A DNA stretch of 27,052 bases from a virus, in IMG/VR virus record IMGVR_UViG_3300045256_000094. One strand, given 5' to 3'. Shown here one piece after another: positions 25,383 to 27,052 of this stretch. Under the pieces are notes generated by a model. It saw only the letters and a list, made by a program, of their open reading frames with translations. It was not told the origin of the DNA and made no database searches. Every line of letters begins with the position of its first letter. Position 1 is the first letter of the stretch. The position numbers and the translations under genes were made by a program.

Positions 25383-25565
25383 ATGTTAGTCTTGTCCCGC
25401 AAGAAGGACGAAAAAATCCTGCTTAAGCTCGGGTCCGAGGAGGTTGAATTGACCGTGGTTCGGATCGACGCAAACAAGGTACGGCTAGGGATTAAGGCTT
25501 CGGAGAAGGTCGATATTCTCCGAAGCGAACTGGTCGGCAAGGTGGCTACCGAAGAAGCTCGCTGA
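25383..25565 (+). CDS. csrA: CsrA-family RNA-binding regulator, second copy
   Basis: MLVLSRKKDEKILLKLGSEEVELTVVRIDANKVRLGIKASEKVDILRSEL. GGAGG Shine-Dalgarno. TATAAAT -10-like element upstream. Confidence 0.75.
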   Translation: MLVLSRKKDEKILLKLGSEEVELTVVRIDANKVRLGIKASEKVDILRSELVGKVATEEAR

Positions 25566-26577
25566 TTGAGCCGGTGCCTGAGTGGATACGCCTGATGGCG
25601 TTCGCCATCATCTTCGCCGTGGACAGAACGACGAGTTTCGCCCGGTTCACTGAGTTCAGACGGAACGGATCGACCGTATCCGTGACGACGATCTTGGCCT
25701 TCACTTCCTCAAGATGTTTGTTGGCATCCCCTACGAACAGCCCGTGAGTCGCCATAAGAGCATGGACCCGTCCGCCATGCCCAGGCACCGCCTTGCACGC
25801 CTTCGCCATCGTCCCGGCCGTCGAGATCATGTCGTCCAGCACGAACACATCGGCCCCTTCCACGTCGCCGATGATCCGCTTGCCCCCTTCCAGCTTCGTC
25901 TTCGTCCGTAGCTTGTCCAGTACGGCGATCTCCAACTCAATCGGGTAATTCCTCGCCGCCATCTTCCTCTGCAAGCCGTTCAGGAAACGGATGTTGCGGG
26001 GCAGTGCCGAGGAGTCCGGGGAGAGTACGCTGGCCTTCTTGGACTGGATTCGCACCAGTTCGTCCGCCGCCCATTCGGCGAACAGGGTCTTGGCTTCGAG
26101 GTTGTCCGGGTTGCAGTCCATCGAGAAGGCGTTCTGTTCGGCGGCGAGGTTATGGACATCGAACAGGAGGGCACCGCTGATGCCCAGGCTTTCGAGCATC
26201 ACCGCCATCGCCTTCGTCATGACCGGGGCACGGCTCTCCGTTTTACGGTCCTGGCGGGCGTAACACAGGTGGGGGATGACGGGGATAAGTTTGGCTGTAC
26301 TGCGGCAAGCCGTCAGCATCGTCGCCAGCCGCATGAACTTGTCGTTGACCGACAGCTTGTCATCAGTGTAGAGAGATTGAATGACGAAGACGTTGTGGCC
26401 CCGGACGTTCCCTTCGGGGCCGTCCACCGGCTTGACGTAGCACTCGCCGTCCTCGAACTCCTTCTCTTCGTGCGGCGTGAGGGCCACGCCGAGTTCAGCC
26501 GCAACCGACTCGGCATAGGACTTGGTGGAGTTCAGCCCGAAAATCTTGATCGGAGCTTGGTACACCCGGCCGTCCAT
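25546..26577 (-). CDS. prs: Ribose-phosphate pyrophosphokinase (PRPP synthetase) family protein
   Basis: IFGLNS...FEDGECYV...VRGHNVFVIQS; VIPHLCYARQDRK; DVHNLAAEQNAF; LDDMISTAGT; IIGDVEGA. 343 aa. Confidence 0.8.
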   Translation of the reverse strand: MDGRVYQAPIKIFGLNSTKSYAESVAAELGVALTPHEEKEFEDGECYVKPVDGPEGNVRGHNVFVIQSLYTDDKLSVNDKFMRLATMLTACRSTAKLIPVIPHLCYARQDRKTESRAPVMTKAMAVMLESLGISGALLFDVHNLAAEQNAFSMDCNPDNLEAKTLFAEWAADELVRIQSKKASVLSPDSSALPRNIRFLNGLQRKMAARNYPIELEIAVLDKLRTKTKLEGGKRIIGDVEGADVFVLDDMISTAGTMAKACKAVPGHGGRVHALMATHGLFVGDANKHLEEVKAKIVVTDTVDPFRLNSVNRAKLVVLSTAKMMANAIRRIHSGTGSISELLR

Positions 26578-26593
26578 GTTCCCTCCAGGGACG

Positions 26594-27052
26594 TTAGTTG
26601 GTTTTCTTGTAGTCCTCGGTCACGGCCCCAGGGATGTTCAGCCAGTCGTGGTTCTGTCGAACTTCCAGGTTCTTGTCCCACGCCGCCTGCATCACTTTGG
26701 GGTCTACGCCAAGTTCACGAGCCTTCGACATCAGAGCGTTCAGGTCTTTGCTGAAACACTTCCCGCCGAACCCGAAGTCCCCGTCCGGCCCAGGCACGGA
26801 CCAGTGGCTCATCCCGAGCCGGGCGTCCTTCGTGGCATACTCGACCACCTTATCGTAATCGATTTCCAGCTTGTCGCAAACCTGTTTTACCTCGTTTGCG
26901 AAGCTCACCTTCACCGACAGGAAGCAGTTGGTCATGTACTTCACCATCTCGGCGATGGTTGAAGAGGTTTTGGTGACTGGAACCTTTGGGTAAGCTACGG
27001 CGTACATGTGCTTGACGACCGCCGTCGCCTCGTGCGGCCCGCCGATGATGAT
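26594..27052 (-). CDS. UDP-glucose/GDP-mannose dehydrogenase-family protein, 5-prime end outside the window
   Basis: GFGGKCFSKDL catalytic-Cys motif. The ORF is open to the window edge, and its C-terminal segment ends about 55 aa after the motif. Confidence 0.55.
   Translation of the reverse strand: MIIGGPHEATAVVKHMYAVAYPKVPVTKTSSTIAEMVKYMTNCFLSVKVSFANEVKQVCDKLEIDYDKVVEYATKDARLGMSHWSVPGPDGDFGFGGKCFSKDLNALMSKARELGVDPKVMQAAWDKNLEVRQNHDWLNIPGAVTEDYKKTN

Noticed and set aside
1-27052. CRISPR array, tRNA or tmRNA genes
   Set aside because: No spaced direct repeats are present. Apart from 25189-25382, the intergenic gaps are all under 90 bp, and by eye none shows cloverleaf potential. A covariance-model scan would be needed to exclude tRNA and tmRNA formally.

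Overview
This is a GC-rich window of roughly 58-60% GC. It is densely packed with genes, almost all on the minus strand, with tight operon-style junctions (ATGA and TAATG overlaps, gaps of 3-12 nt). The content looks like a large phage or prophage region rather than a normal bacterial chromosome. At the left end are collagen-like tail-fibre genes. These are followed by many small lineage-specific ORFs, an ATP-dependent RNA ligase and an HNH endonuclease. The window also carries a set of host-like regulators: SmpB, ClpX with no ClpP partner, two CsrA paralogs, a Rel/SpoT-type (p)ppGpp hydrolase that is split by a frameshift, a PRPP-synthetase-like enzyme, a deoxyribosyltransferase-like/Nudix fusion and an M50 protease. 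This is the kind of repertoire reported for huge phages. The most striking region is a ~12.6 kb cassette at 11.6-24.2 kb. It holds three tandem paralogous atypical radical-SAM enzymes, each with an N-terminal Cys-rich auxiliary-cluster-like domain and a non-canonical Cx13Cx2C motif, interleaved with two SAM methyltransferases (one CmoB/DUF1698-like) and a metallophosphoesterase. After an intervening ClpX-to-M50 block come three GT-A glycosyltransferases, and the right edge has a UDP-sugar dehydrogenase-family gene. I propose this as a candidate, uncharacterised glycan or nucleic-acid hypermodification system. I also identified a near-consensus sigma70 promoter and terminator hairpins by eye. 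All functional calls rest on motifs read directly from the translations; no database search was possible.
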